Shown here one piece after another: positions 11,006 to 26,576 of a stretch of 64,000 nt of DNA (the stretch's first letter is position 1; each line of letters starts with the position of its first letter). Position numbers and translations under genes: made by a program. The DNA lies in the NCBI RefSeq assembly GCF_009914755.1, contig NC_060941.1, one strand, 5' to 3'. The stretch is from the human T2T-CHM13v2.0 reference genome, Homo sapiens. The notes beneath the pieces were generated by a model. It had not been told where the DNA came from, did no database searches, and saw only the letters and a program-made list of their open reading frames with translations.

Positions 11006-11448
11006 GAGGTGGATGCTGGGGTGGGAGCTCCTCAGGGGCCCCTCTGCTGTCTTTGAACGGGTTCCCTCCCAGGGTTCAGACAACACCCCTGACCTTCTCC
11101 TGATCTGTTACGGACTGCAAGAGGATTAAGGACTGTGGGCAGGTCAGATATTGAGAAGGAGAGAGTTCCTGGTGGATTTAATTCTGTGAAAAACATGGCA
11201 GCAGGCCTGCAGTCAGACCGTGGGTCCTGTTCTTCTCCACTGTGAAGCTGGAACCTCCATAGGAGCAAAAGAAGTTGGAAGGGGGTGAGGAAGGAAGAGG
11301 GGCCATGTTGTGAAGAGTAAAAATAAAACAATAAGGCTGTCATCACTGGGGGGCTGTCAGCGCTCAGGCCACACCCCCTCAGCAAGTGACAAGGACAAAC
11401 AGTTGCACGGTGCTTAACAAGTTTAAAAAATATATAATATTTTCACTC

Positions 11449-11848
11449 TGATAAAAGAAAAACTTCAGCCGAATTAAATTGAAAGGAGTTGAACTGAGCA
11501 ATGAACAATTCGTGAATCAGGCAGCCTCCCGAGCCAGAGTGGGCTCAGAGACTCCAGGGCAGCCACGTGGTGGAGTAAGATTTATGGACAGAAAGAGGAA
11601 ATCGACTACAGAAAGCGAAAGTGAGGTACAGAAACAGCTGGATTGGTTACAGGTTGGTGTTTGCCTTATTTGAACACCGTTCAGTCGGCCCCCTTTGATT
11701 GGCCAAAACTCAGTGACTGGCACAAGTGCAGGCTACAGTCTGTTGATGCCTCCGCTTGTTACATCGATAGTTCACGATGTACAGAAAAACCTTTAGGCCG
11801 AACTTAAAATATGTAAGGAGGCAGCTTTAGGCTAAACTTGATTTAACA
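11449..11848 (-). mobile_element. ERV1 solo LTR, MER57 family
   Basis: TG...CA termini; reverse complement starts TGTTAAATCAAGTTTAGCCTAAAGCTGCCTCCTTACATATTTTAAGTTCGGCC. Confidence 0.85.
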
Positions 11849-13159
11849 ACATGCATTTAGCTTTCTGAACTCAATGTTATTTCAACTGCTCTTCCCCAAG
11901 CTTCCAGATGGGACCGGAGTTTCGGGGATGTGGTTTGCCCAAGGATGCACACCAGAGGGTGGCTGAGCCTGGCGGGTCCCCGATCTGTGCCCCAGAGTGA
12001 GTGGCACCAGAGAGAGGATGCAGCCCTCAATGTTTCTGCACTTTGAGCTGATTGCTTTCCCATTTGACCCTAGAAGTTGGATATAAACATTGTCTTGTGT
12101 TTGATTTCCTTTGTTTGGGGAGGTCATAAAAAGGCCCCAACAGGATTCTATTAAAGCTTTTTCTTCCAAGTGAGTATCTAAGGCCAAGTTATAAAGCGTT
12201 GCAGGGGAAAAGCGAATATTTGCCTTGAAACCTCTTCCCTTGCCTTATAGAAAACCAGAAGAGAAAGAGCACTGAGCAGAGGAGAAGCATATTGCTTCCT
12301 TCCCTTGTCCACGTCCTCTGGGCCCCCAGTCCACGTGACTGTGGGGCCTGGGCGCCTGCCCCATCCTCCCTCCACCGAGAAGGGAGCTTCCAGTGTGTTA
12401 AGGGGGGCAGCACCGCAGTTCTGTTGTTTTCTTTCCACAGGCTTGGGGTTCACAAACTCAGAAGGGATTTGTCCCTGAGCATTTTTCTCCCTTGGTTTTT
12501 TAAGCCATTTGGGTTTCAAGGAAATTGAATCCATGTGTGTTTGGATTAATTGCTTAACTCCTAAAAACGTTGTTTTGTAACAGCAATTTGACATCCAAAA
12601 AGCTTGTTAAGTTACTTTCCATCCTTTTTCTGTGGTCCCAATCGGGGGAAATGGGAGATCCCTCCTGCACCAGCCCCATGCTTACAGCTGGAAAGGGCTA
12701 ATGAGGAATTAGCGTGATGTTCAGTTTATCCCCAAATAAGGCGGGCTTGCAAACCCCACTCTGAAATCCAGGAAGCCTCCTGGGTCCTGCTGGGTTTCTG
12801 GGCTTTAGAGAATGTGGACACCTTCTGTGGTCTCGTGTTCAATTTGAGATTTCCTTTTCCCTGGGTCTCGTTTCCAGAGCTTGACTGATCCTCTGGTGGT
12901 TCAAATCGCAGTGGAGGAGATGTCAGGCCCCCGAAGGGATGCATGTCTCAGCAGTCAGGGCTCTTGAGGTCTAGGAGGTGCTGCTGAGGGAGGGAAGGTT
13001 CGTGTGCTCTGCTCTAGAAATTGTTCTGATGTTCAGGCGTGGTGACTGATGGGATGGCCCCGTATCATGAGTCAAAGAGGAAGAGTGCACCTTCTTGAAT
13101 GGCCAGGTCCATCAGGAGGCTCCGGGGTTAATGTCATCCGGAAGAGAGGAGTGCTCTTA

Positions 13160-13240
13160 GGCTGGGCATTTACCCCTAGACCTCAGTTTTCCCATCTGTT
13201 AAACAGGAATAACCCCTGACCTCAGAGTTGTTCCACGAGC
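13160..13240 (+). mobile_element. MIR core fragment
   Basis: CCTCAGTTTTCCCATCTGTTAAACAGGAATAA. Confidence 0.7.
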
Positions 13241-13836
13241 CGTTTCCTGGTGCCCCCGGACTTCATGTGAGCAGGCATCTGCATTGGCCCCAGTGGACGC
13301 TGAGGGTTTCCTCAAGTGGACCCTTTCCTCCTGGGGCCTTCCATTACCTTCCTTCTGCCTGATCTCATTCATCTACTCCCCACCTGGCCTCTGATACCTT
13401 CCCTGATGACTTCAGTCAGGCAGGCGGTCTTCTGCTTCCCTAGCGACCATCACAGACCACAGAGATTAGCAAGCACGTCAGTGTTTCCAGAAGGAGGGCG
13501 GTCACCCATTCTCCATATTCCTACCCCCTGCAGCACTCGGCAGAGGGCCAGGCACAGCAGCAGCTGTTCACTAAGTTCCCCTTGATTGATAAACTGCTCG
13601 GGGGTGTAGATGGGTGTGGCTGTGGGTGTGGTGGTGATGTTGGTGTTCCCACAGGTTCTGCTTTCAGACCCTAAGAATCCAAATGAACCCGCCTAATGAC
13701 TTGGCGGAAGTTGGCTAGCTCCAAGGTCCAACATTATTTCATCTTCGTCTCAGCAACTTGACCAGGACTTCACTTCTAGCGGTGTAGGACCGATTGCCTG
13801 TAGAGGCTCACATATGTGACTTCATTGGCTGACAGG

Positions 13837-13883
13837 CACAAAGCAAGGTGTCTATACCCACAAAGCAAAGTGTCTATACCCCA
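13837..13883. repeat. 22-bp tandem duplication
   Basis: CACAAAGCAA(G/A)GTGTCTATACC x2. Confidence 0.9.
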
Positions 13884-13939
13884 CTTCTGTGCTCCTTTAT
13901 GGCATAAACGGCATGATCAAACGGTTATCCACCATAATA

Positions 13940-14604
13940 TCTGCAGTGCAGCTCTGACACTAACCACCTGGAGTTGGTGCAGATGACGGATTGGGGGCTC
14001 TGTGCCCTACAGGAAGGCCCTCACTTTAGATGTTGGCTGCAAGTTCTGGCCCCCCCGGATACATGCACCTCTGACCAACTAGCTACAAATTCAGGAGTTT
14101 CCCTGACCTCCTGGCATTCAGCAATTCACAATGATGAACCACACAACTCAGGAAAGTGCTGTACTTAGGATTGCGGTGTCATTAGCAAGGATATAAATCA
14201 GAACCAGCTACTGGGAGAGGCACAGAGGGGGAGGTCTGGGAGGGTCCCAAATTCAGAGCTTCCATGTCCTCAAGACTATGCAAAGCCTCCCGGGGGACTG
14301 ATGTGTGATTACGAACCAGGGACAGTCATCTGAGCTTCTGATGCTCAGAGGTTTTACTGGGGTTTCATGATGTAGGAGTGACTGATAGGACTTGATCTCC
14401 AGTCCCTTTCTTCTCCAGGAGGTGATGGAGAAGGGCCTCAGCCTGCTGTTCACATGGTCAGTCTTTCTGGCATGGGCTGTCCTAACCCTGAGTCCCCTCA
14501 TTAGCAAAGACTTTGAGGGCTCACTGTGAATAACAAAGACTTGCCAAGGATTTGGGGGTGACTTCCCAGGAACAAAGGCCAGTCCAATTCTGTGTTATAC
14601 AACA
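13940..14604 (-). mobile_element. LTR, MER21 family
   Basis: CTGACACTAACCACCTGGAGTT, TCTGACCAACTAGCTACAAAT, AACTCAGGAAAGTGCT motifs. Confidence 0.75.
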
Positions 14605-15373
14605 ATTTGCTGGTGCTATCCAATGACGTGCTCTCACCAGCCCTTGCCATGGGATGCCGACTCTATGACTCTTACAAAGGATTCTCCCTGACCCAGCTGA
14701 CGGAAGCTGCGTCCCAAGTGCTTTGCAGAGACAGCAGAAACCGTCCAGAGAGGCCCTTTCAATGGCCAAGTGAGTGCTTTGTTCTGAAGGAAGTTACAGC
14801 CCAAGTTCGCACGACTATCATGAAATCTTCAAAACGTTTCATTTTTTAAGTCATGAGATTCCCCTGAGCCCTCCCTGTCCAAGTTGTGTGATGCTCACTT
14901 TCAGAAGGAAAGGAGCCAGGACAGAAACTCGAAACTCATTCCCCTTACACGAATGAGTCTTGTTTCGAGGGGGACTCCTCTCCATGGTGGGATTTTCAGC
15001 TCAGCTCAGCGTCCCTCACGCACCAGGCAATGCAGGTTCAGTAGGGATGCAGGCTTGAGCCCCACGGTGGAAGGCTTGCAGCCTCAGGTGCAGAGGGGTG
15101 AGGCTGGATCACGGATACTGAGCAAGAATTTCAGTTTGGGCTGGGAAGAGGTATATGCCCGGAGGGCACTGGGAACACAGAGCAGGTGCCCCTGGCTCAG
15201 ACCAGGAGGGTTAGGGTCATCTTGGTGTCTTTAAGGGATCAGTGGGGGTGGCTAGATGATTGTGGGTAAGAAGACAGCATGAATAAGGCAGAGAGGAGCC
15301 AAACAGCAACCCCAGGCTGTTTGAAAATGTGGAAGTTTTGAGTGGGGCTTGAGGGCTTTATCAGAAGAAAGCT

Positions 15374-15702
15374 GGCCAGGCGCGGTGGCTCACACCTGTA
15401 ATCCCAGCACTTTGGGAGACTGAGATGGGAGAACCACTTGAGTTCAGGAGTTTGAGACCAGCCTGGCCAGAATGGTGAAACCCTGTCTCTACTAAAAATA
15501 CAACAAAATTTGCTGAGTGTGGTGGCGCACGCCTGTAATCCAGCTACTAGGGAGGCTAAGGCACAACAATCACTTGAACTTGGGAGGCGGAGGCTGCAGT
15601 GAGCCGAGATCGCACCATTGCACTCCAGCCTGGGCAACAGAGCAAGACTCTGTCTCAAAAATAAACAAATAAATAAGTAAAAAAAATAAATAAACAAATA
15701 AA
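15374..15702 (+). mobile_element. Alu (AluS/J), full length
   Basis: GGCCAGGCGCGGTGGCTCAC through an (AAAT)-type tail. Confidence 0.97.
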
Positions 15703-15739
15703 GGAGATAGCCAAGGAGCTCAGATTGTCCTGTATAAAG

Positions 15740-16170
15740 TAGAGCCATCAACAGATGAATGGAGAAATAAATTGTGTTATACACACACAAGGGAATAACA
15801 TTCAACCCTAAAAAAGGAATGAAGTACATATTGAGACAGGCCACAACATAGACAAACTTTGAGAACATTAGCTAAGTGAAAGAAGCCAGACACAAAAGAC
15901 CACATAGTGTATAGTTCTATTTACATGAAACGTCCAGGATAGGCAAACGCACAGAGACAGAAAGCACGTGGTCACCTGGGGTTAGCGGAGGGGAGGGAAG
16001 GGGAGGGACTGCTTGATGGGTACAGGGGTTGCTTTTGGGATGATGAAAATGTTTTGGCCCTAGATAGAGGGGGTGGCTGCACAACATTGTGAATGTACCT
16101 AATGCCCCTGAATTGTTTATTTTTACACGGTTAATTTATATTATATGAATTTCATCTCAATTTAAAATTG
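15740..16170 (+). mobile_element. L1MB-like 3' end
   Basis: CCATCAACAGATGAATGG...GCTAAGTGAAAGAAGCCAGACACAAAAG...GAATTTCATCTCAAT. Confidence 0.85.
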
Positions 16171-16261
16171 TAAAAGATGAGGCTGAGCAATGGTACGAAT
16201 TAAGAATGGGGAATGGCCACAGTGGACTTTTAGAAGGTTGCTCAAAGGACAGGGTAGGTGA

Positions 16262-16616
<355 letters not shown>

Positions 16617-17736
16617 CAAAGGCCATTTCAAAAGTCTCCATGAATGACAATAAGGTCTTAAACCTGGAGAGGATTTTCATGGAAGGATGGCATTAAGAAT
16701 TTTTAGGGGCTTCAGTGGGCATGCAGGGTGACTATAAGGAACGTATTTTTTTCAGAATGGCACATTAATAGAAAGTGGTCCTAGGGCAGCGCTTTGCCTG
16801 GTAGACTCTGCCTTTGTGCTCTATGTCCAGCCCTTACCAAAGCCCAGGATTCATGCCCCAGAGGTAATTGGCCAACGTGGAGCTGGAGACCTTCACCCCC
16901 TTCCAAGAGAAAGCTGCCTAGGGTTAAGTAGGATGAACTTGAGGACAGTTCTGGGAACAGTAGGCTCGATAGCCTCTAAAATAAACTTAACTTCTGAGTC
17001 TCTCTCAGCTTTGCCTCTGGAATCAGAACTGGAATCATTTACATACTCGGGTCAAGTAGAAGTGGCAGAATCACGACCCCCTCCTTAGCCCCACTCTGAA
17101 ACGTTGTCTGTTTGCATAGCCTGAATCCTTTGTACAGCCCTTCCCTGTCTGAACCCTCATGACTTTTCTGAAGAGGACTTTGTGCTTGTTCTGTGTGCCA
17201 GGAATTTTAAAATGGCATTTAGCCCAAAGCAAGAAAGTTCTGGCCTCATCTTTATAAAATTATTTTTTAAAGGGAGGGCAGTATTTAATGATGCACAGAG
17301 GGACTATCCATGCCCATAGCTGGTCCCTCATCACTCAGCATATGCCAGGGTAATTGCTCTTTCCTGGTGGTGGAGGTGACCCCAGGGGACCCTAACTAAT
17401 TTGAATATCAAGTCTGATAAGAATGTAATTAGGAAAGGACTGCAGAAAATCTGGTGATGCATTTCTAAAGTCAGACAAACCATGATTTGCCCAATTTCTG
17501 CTGTATATTCAACTCTCTTTTGGGTTCTTGCATAAGGAACAAACACCTCAGAGGCATAGAGTCATAGACTCTTAGATGGAAACTTGCCATGTGTCATCCA
17601 GTTCAAGCCCCACACCCGTGAGGCTGACATCTGCCCTCACACACACACCTGTGCAGAGATGGTCCCCTGAGCTGTCCTGGCCCATTAGTGACTTCCATCC
17701 TCCTGGTTACAGTGATTTCTTCCAAGGTGGTCAAAT

Positions 17737-18600
<864 letters not shown>

Positions 18601-19879
18601 AAATCAGTCTCCCGTGAGTCAGTCCCGGGGTCTCAGCTGGTTCACAGGGAAAGGCTAGTTCTCTTTTCTTGGGTGTGCAGGGTCAGAAGGATGGAAGGCT
18701 GGAGTTGCTGTTTCTGCTGCTACTTGGGTAGAATCTGCCGGGAAATGAAGCCAGCACAGCGGAGTTGAGAGATGGTGAGAGGTTCTTGGAGACGTTGTCT
18801 GCTCATTTGAGTCCAGCCATGTGGAACATTCTGGACTTTTTAGTTATATGAACCACAACTTGCTCCCACCACCTTTTAAAAAACTTCAGCCAATTAAGCT
18901 GATCTCTGGCTCTTTGTCCTCTAGTGCCCCCTCCGTTATCTGTGTGCGTGACTGTCAACTTCGCCTAAAACCTGGGGGGTTAGATGGCATCCCATGGAGG
19001 CCCAGCCCATCATCGGCTCCTCTGTCTGGTGACAAGGACGCTCTCCCCAGTGGCCTCACCCAATGTCCTAATTCTCTTTAGGGAACAGCACGAAGCATGT
19101 TGACCCCTTTTGGGTAAAACGTCTTTGTTAGCTGAGCTCCAAAAATTCTTGCCTCAAACTCTTCATTTGCATGTGGGGGGACCCCACCTCCCTCCTGAGC
19201 TTCCTGCAGTCTAGGGGACAAGGAGAGCAGGTAGGGGGTAGCTACGGTTTTCCTCTCAGTCCTACCTTTGCTGAAGGGGCCCTCACCTCAGCATCCCCGG
19301 CACTGGCTGCCTATGGCCCCCATCATCCTGGAACACAGGTCTGTTTCCCCAACATGTTCGCACAAATATTTGTGTGCAAGCAACTGTGCAGTGTTTGACC
19401 TGGTGATGGAGAAAAGCTCACACCACAGCCCCACTCAACCAATAGCCCCAGTCATACATTAGAGAGCCGTCCCTCCACCTCCTTCACCTCCCACGAGTAG
19501 GACCTCCTCCCACCCCAGCACCTTTGCCCACTGGCTCAGGCACCTCCTTTCCTCCTAGCCCACTTCCTGCTTTACACACGCCCTGCCTCCTTCTCCCCCA
19601 GTTGAAGTCTCATTGGTGTTTTCTAGGGCCATATATTCCCAGCCCCCGTGGCCTCCAGGCTCCACCCTCGTTCCCCCTCTCCCCAGCTCTGACAACCGTG
19701 AGCCTCCACTTCCGCAGCACAGCAGCACTGCCAGGGTCCCCAAAGGCCCATGATTTTCTTCTTTGTTCCTCAGCAAGGGTAGGGGGCAGGAGGCCAGATT
19801 TAAGTCCCCCCCAGCAGGAGTTACACCTCTCTCCCTGGGAGGCAGGGCCAGCCACAGTCACTTTGGGTTTTCAATAACC

Positions 19880-21400
19880 ATTTGTTTTCTCCCTGCAGCA
19901 TGGGAAATACTTTCAGCCTGTGATAAGATCTGGTCCCTAACTGTCCTCCTTCCAAGCTCAAGCTCAGCTAACATTGTCTCTCCATCACTCCTCCTCTTTC
20001 CAGACCCTTCACCTTCTGTCCAGAATGTACTCCCCTGAATGCCTCTTCCGTGAATACACCCTTGTTTGCTCCCATCTTTCTTAAACCAGGGCGTCCAGAA
20101 TGGAAGGCTGAATTCCAGATGTGACCTGACCAGCGGCGTGAGGCTTTCCCAGGGGTTAGCTTCACGCAATCCAGGCTGTGCTGGCTTCTCCTGGCAGTGT
20201 CCCCATCATCAACTTCCATGACATTTGCTATCCCTATCCATCGTCGGTCAGCAGCTTCCCACACGGCACCCTGCTGTTGGGCTAGGCTTCCCCAGCTTGT
20301 GAGGGCGCCCTAAGTGTGAAGGAGCTCCAGCAATGTCTGACCCACCGGTTTTGCCACAGTGAGGCATCTGATTTAGTTGATTTTCTGTATCGACTCCATT
20401 ATCCTTCACTTGAAACATCCCTCCCAGGTGTGTGCCATTTGCAAATTTGACAAAAATGCCCCTGCTTCTCTCTAAGTCTCTATGGAAGTGCTGGCTGGCA
20501 CCAAAACAAGGAGGCCTGGGGCCTCCACTGTGGCTGTCCTTCAGGGTGACCCATTGTCTGCAGCTGTCCATCTAGCTATGAATTGACCTGGTGGTGCTAC
20601 CATCTAGTCCCTGTTTGAGCACCTAATTTACAAAGATATATGCCAGTCAGTATATTGTCTGAGACATTCTTTGGATCCATAAATCTGGTAACTCATGGAA
20701 AATGGAAATAAGGTCCTTTGTTGAGACAACCAGGTGGGAAGGGGTCCCAAGAGAAACTCCAGCCGGCCTGCGTACTGGGAGGAATCCGCCCTGGGGTGGA
20801 GCCACAGAAGTCTGCACCATGTGCAGTGGGGAGGAGCCTGGCTGCTCCTCTTCTTGGGTGAACCTGGGATTCAATCTGTGAGGTGGGAATGCTATACTAG
20901 GTGGACTTGCTCTGCTGAGTCTGTTTCCCCTTTTTTTCTTTTTTCTCAATAAATACTATTATTCCCACCCTTCAAATTGTCTGCGAGCCTAATCTTTCAC
21001 AGCCGTGTGACAAGGAACCCGTCTTTAGCTGAACTTTAGCTGAAAATGTCCAACAATATTGTGATGTGTTTTATTCCTGAAGAGTTTCGGTTTTGTGTTG
21101 ACTTCCTTTACACATTCATTAACCAGCTGTAAAATCATCCTTTTCTAACGATTTACATCACATTTACTGGACTATCATTTCTAGAATTTTCTTCCTTGCC
21201 CCTTTTTGAAATCAGGTCAGCAGCTCACGGCCTGTTTTCAGCACTTCTCTTGTCCTTCGTCATTTCTTAGAATTGTTGGTTATAGCTCTGAGACGTTGAC
21301 TCCTGGAGGCTTAAATACCTGAGATGCGATTCATCAGGGTCTGGGGAAGGAACTTGTTTATAGCAGCTGGGGTAGCTATTTTCTCTTTTCACTTATATCT
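19880..21400 (-). mobile_element. L3/CR1 LINE ORF2 relic (decayed reverse transcriptase), interrupted by an LTR
   Basis: Minus-strand translations FKKGKEENSRNDSPVN, DLERSRGIFVKFANGTHLGG and LVRSHLEFSLPFWTPWFKKD parallel the CR1 motifs FKKGKKEDPGNYRPVS, DL..KFADDTKLGG and LVRPHLEYCVQFWAP in correct order. Confidence 0.8.
20722..21055 (+). mobile_element. ERV1 solo LTR, MER61 family
   Basis: TGAGACAACCAGGTGGGAAGGGGTCCC...GGGGAGGAGCCTGG...AATAAA...TTTAGCTGAACT...CAACA. Confidence 0.8.
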
Positions 21401-21586
21401 GGACTTATATCCAGCTGCTATCCCCTCTCTGCATTTAATTCAACAAACAGTTCCTGAGCTCCCACAATATGACTGGCATCATGCTTTGTTTTAACCTTTT
21501 CAATTCAAAAACCATTCTCTTTCCTGGAACAGGCAGAAATAGGACGAGAGTTGAGACTGTCTGCCTTTGTCCTCTTCTTGAGGGGG

Positions 21587-21940
21587 TGTATTTGTCCATT
21601 TTCCTGCTGCTGATAAAGACATACCCGAGACTGGGTAATTTATACAGGAAAAAGGGTTTAATGGACTTACAGTTCCACATGGCTGGGGAGGCCTCACAAT
21701 CATGGAGGAAGGCAAGGAGGAGCAAGTCATGTCTTACATGGATGGTGCAGGCAAAGAGAGAGCTTGTGCAGGGAAACTACCCCTTATAGAACCATCAGAT
21801 CTCGTGAAACTTATTCACTATCACAGTAACAGCATGGAAAATACCTGCCTCCATGATTTAATTACCTCCCACCGGGCCCCTCTCACAACACATGGGAATT
21901 CAAGACTAGATTTGAGTGGGGACACAGCCAAACTATATAA
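21587..21940 (-). mobile_element. MaLR solo LTR, THE1 (A/B)
   Basis: GCTGCTGATAAAGACATACCCGAGACTGGG...GGGGACACAGCCAAAC; TSD GGGGG. Confidence 0.93.
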
Positions 21941-22434
21941 GGGGGACTTGGTGTGTCCTTGTCCACCTTGCTGAGGGTTGCTGTAAAGGGTGTGTCTGAG
22001 TGTGTGTGCTGTGTCCTTTGAAGGCTCTGGTTTGTTCCCAGTTCATACCCTTCTCTTCCCTCCAGCTCCATGGGCTCATCTCTAGAAGATGGGAGTTCCT
22101 GGGGTTGGCTCATGCAGCCCCATCCACTTCTTAAGCTATAGCTCCAGCCCCTCTCCCAGTGGAGTCCTTGCAGTTGCAAGACCAGAATTCCATTTACAAA
22201 AACATTCCATGAGCCACTTATCCTGGGAGAGACTCAGACCAGGGGCTCCTGTCTCCCTCTGCAACCTGTTTTCTGTGGTAGGGAGGGCAGGGTGGCTTAT
22301 TCCTTTGCCATTTTGGAGTCAGGGGGTTAGAATCATTTTATTAAGGTTTCTGTAACTTCTTTATTACCAGCTAGCTCTTACTATGAGAGTCGTGGAACAG
22401 TCTATAAATCCCATTTCTGAAAACACCACTAAAT

Positions 22435-22625
22435 TTGTGCATATGTGTATAAGAAAAGACATAGAAAAAATCTGGATGGGGTCACACAAAAGATGTTAGC
22501 AGAAGTGACTTTTGGCGAGGGGTGAGATGGGTATCTGGAAGATAAGGAGAGGGGCCATTCACTTTTACCATATGTAACATACAAAGTGTAATTTTAAAAA
22601 ATTATATATTTATAGTTAAATAAAA
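22435..22625 (+). mobile_element. L1ME-like 3' fragment
   Basis: CATAGAAAAAATCTGGA...CACAAAAGATGTTAGCAG pattern. Confidence 0.5.
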
Positions 22626-22938
22626 ATTATAGGAGGTCATTTTTTTGGCCTTCGCTCCTGCACTAGGCCCCAACAGACCAGACTAAAAAGAAAAATGCAG
22701 TCACTCATAGTAAATTCCACATCACCAAACCAAAACTGAGTTGTTAGCTGGCCTTCTAAAAAACAGAGACAGATAACAGGCACATTTCCCAAACAGGCCA
22801 GTTTCACTAGGCTTGAGAATGAAGTTCCCACTGCTTTAATCCTTACCAAAAAAAGGTAACCTGCAGTAACCTTGTGTTAGCCAATCAGTCACCTCTCCAG
22901 TGCTCCCTGTTCCCACCTTACAAGGGATATAGCTTTAA

Positions 22939-23330
<392 letters not shown>

Positions 23331-23410
23331 TGTTTTTGTTTTCCTCAACCCTTCTCTGTCTATAAAGCCAACTTCCTCTGCTTAGTTCATTGGAACACTT
23401 ATTCTATTTT

Positions 23411-23716
23411 TCATTTTTCTTTTCTTTCTCTCTTTTTCTTTTTTGAGACAAGAGTCTTGCTCTGTTGCCCAGGTTGGAGTGTAGTGGTGCAATCACAGCT
23501 CACTGCAGCCTCGACCTCCTGGGCCAAAGCGATCCTCCATTTCATCCCATTCCCTAAGTAGCTGGGATTACAGGTGTGCGTCACTACGCCAAATTTTTTG
23601 CAGAGACAGGGTCTTGCTATGTTGCCCAGGCTGGTCTTGAATTCCTGGCCTCAAGCAATCCTCCAGCCTTGGCTTCCCAAAGTGCTGAGATTACAGGCAT
23701 GAGCGGCCTCGCCATG
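23411..23716 (-). mobile_element. AluJ-like
   Basis: J diagnostics CACAGCTCACTGCAGCCTCGACC and GGGTCTTGCTATGTTGCCC; TSD CTTATTCTATTTT. Confidence 0.93.
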
Positions 23717-24681
23717 CTGCTTATTCTATTTTATATAATGAAGTGTTGCCCTGACTGTAAAATCACAAATAAAGCCAATTAAGATATTTAAACTAAATTG
23801 TAATTTTTTCTTTTGATAATATATAATATACATATCTGTGATCTGTGAGTATAAACTTTTTTCTTCATGACAATTATTTCAGTGTCTGCCTATCTTATCA
23901 AACATACCTGATCATAGCAAGTCCCAGGTACATTTTCAAATGGGTACATTTGGGACTGGCTTTTTTTCACTCAGCGTAAGCCTCTGGAAATTCATCCAGG
24001 TTGCCGTGTGTATGAATGGCATGTTCTGTTCTGTTTTTTCCTTTTTTTTTTTTTTTTTTGCTGAGTGTATTCCATAGTATGTTTGTTTAGCCATTCTCTT
24101 CTTGAAAGACATCTGGGTTGCTTCCAGGTTTTTTTGCTATTATTCATAACACTGCAAAACCATTCATGTGCAGGTTTTGTGTACGTGTGAACATAAGACT
24201 TCATTTCTCTGGGACAAATGCCCAAGAGTGCCATTGCTGGATTGTATGGCAGTTGCATGTTTGGTGTTTTAAAGAAACTACCAAACTGTTTTCCAGAGTG
24301 TTTGCATTTCACGTTCCCACTGAAAATGTATGAATGATCCGATTTCTCTGCATCCTGGCCAGCATTGCGTGTGATTACTTTGTTTTGGCCATTCTTATAG
24401 GTGAGTCGTGCATCTCACTATGGTTTCAGTTTACATTTCCTCAATGGCTAATGAAGTGCCTTTTCATACACTTATTTCTCTTCTGTATATCCTCTTCAGT
24501 GAAATGTTTTTTCATGTCTTTTGCCCATTTTCTAATTGGGCTATTTGAATTTTTTCACAGTTACATTTGAGAGTTCTTTGTATATTCTAATTACTAGTCC
24601 TGTGTTTGACTTGTAGCCTGCAAATATTTTCCCCCCATCTGTAGGTTTTCTTTCCATCCTCTTAACAGGATCTTTCAATGA

Positions 24682-25045
<364 letters not shown>

Positions 25046-25311
25046 TTATGAATCATGTTTTTGATGTCAAGTCTAAGAACTATTTGCCTAGCCCTAGGTC
25101 CCTAAGGTTTTCTCCTATGTTTTTTCTAAAAATGTTATAATTTTATATTTTATCTTTAAGTTTATGATCCATTTTGAGTTAATTCTTATGAAAGGTGTGA
25201 GACCTAAGTAGAATTTATTTTCTTTCTTTCTTCCTTTCTTTCTTTCTTCTTCTTCTTCTTCTTTTTTTCTTATGGATGTCCAGTTGCCTTAGTTTGTTGT
25301 GAAGGTGATCT

Positions 25312-25603
25312 TTCTTTTTTTTTCTTTTTTCTTTCTTTCTTTCTTTTTTTTTTTTTTTTGAGACAGAGTCTTACTCTATCACCCAGGCTGGAGCGCAGTG
25401 GTATGATCTTGGCTCACTGCAACCTCCACCTCCCAGGTTCAAGGAATTCTCCTGCCTCAGCCTCCTGAATAGCTGGGACTACAGGCACGTGCCACCATGC
25501 CTGGCTGATTTTTGTAGTTTTAGTAGTGACAGGGTTTCACCATGTTGGCCAGGCTGGTCTTGAACTCCTGACCTCAAGTGATCCACCCGCCTCGGCCTCC
25601 CAA
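25312..25603 (-). mobile_element. Alu (AluS), 5'-truncated by ~35 bp
   Basis: Ends at CTCCCAAA; TSD AAG(G/C)TGATCT. Confidence 0.95.
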
Positions 25604-26266
25604 AAAGCTGATCTGTGTTACATTGAATTGATTTTGTACCTTTGTCAAAGATCGGTTGGGCATATTCTTTTGGGTCTATTTCTGGGTTCTCTGTTCTGTT
25701 CCATTGATTAATGTATCTACTCTTCTGCCAAATACCAATCTTGATTAGTGCAGATATTAATACATACAAAGTCTTGAAATGGGGTAGGGTGATTCCCTCC
25801 CATTTTATTATTTTTCAAAATTGTTTTAGCTATTCTAGTTCCTTTACCTTTCCATTTAAATTTTAGAATAATCTCATCTATATGTACAAACAACCTTGCT
25901 GGAATTTTGGTAGAAATTACATTAAACCTGTATATCAATTTTGGAAGAACTGACATCATTACTACGTTGAGCCTTTCAATACATGAACACAATATATCTC
26001 TCCATTTATTCAGATTTTCTTGGATTTCTTTCACAAGTCTCGTGTAGTTTTCAGCATACAAATCCATGTTTTGTTAGATTTACACTTCAGTAGTTCTCTT
26101 TCTCTCTCTTTTTCATGATCGTAAATGACATTGTAGTTTTAATTTTGGTGCTAGTATATATAAATAAATAAAATTTTGTATAATTATCTTGTATCTTGCA
26201 ACTTTGCTGAAGTTATTTATTCCAGGAGTTTTGTTTTGTTTTGATTTTTTGGGATTTTCTAGGTAG

Positions 26267-26576
<310 letters not shown>

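Noticed and set aside
12073-12175. Possible + strand exon (CCCTAG acceptor, CAA/GTGAGT donor)
   Set aside because: Such splice-like pairs occur often by chance; no partner exons or coding signal
25717-26067. ORF resembling L1 ORF2p
   Set aside because: Fragment of a decayed L1; neighbouring frames are broken
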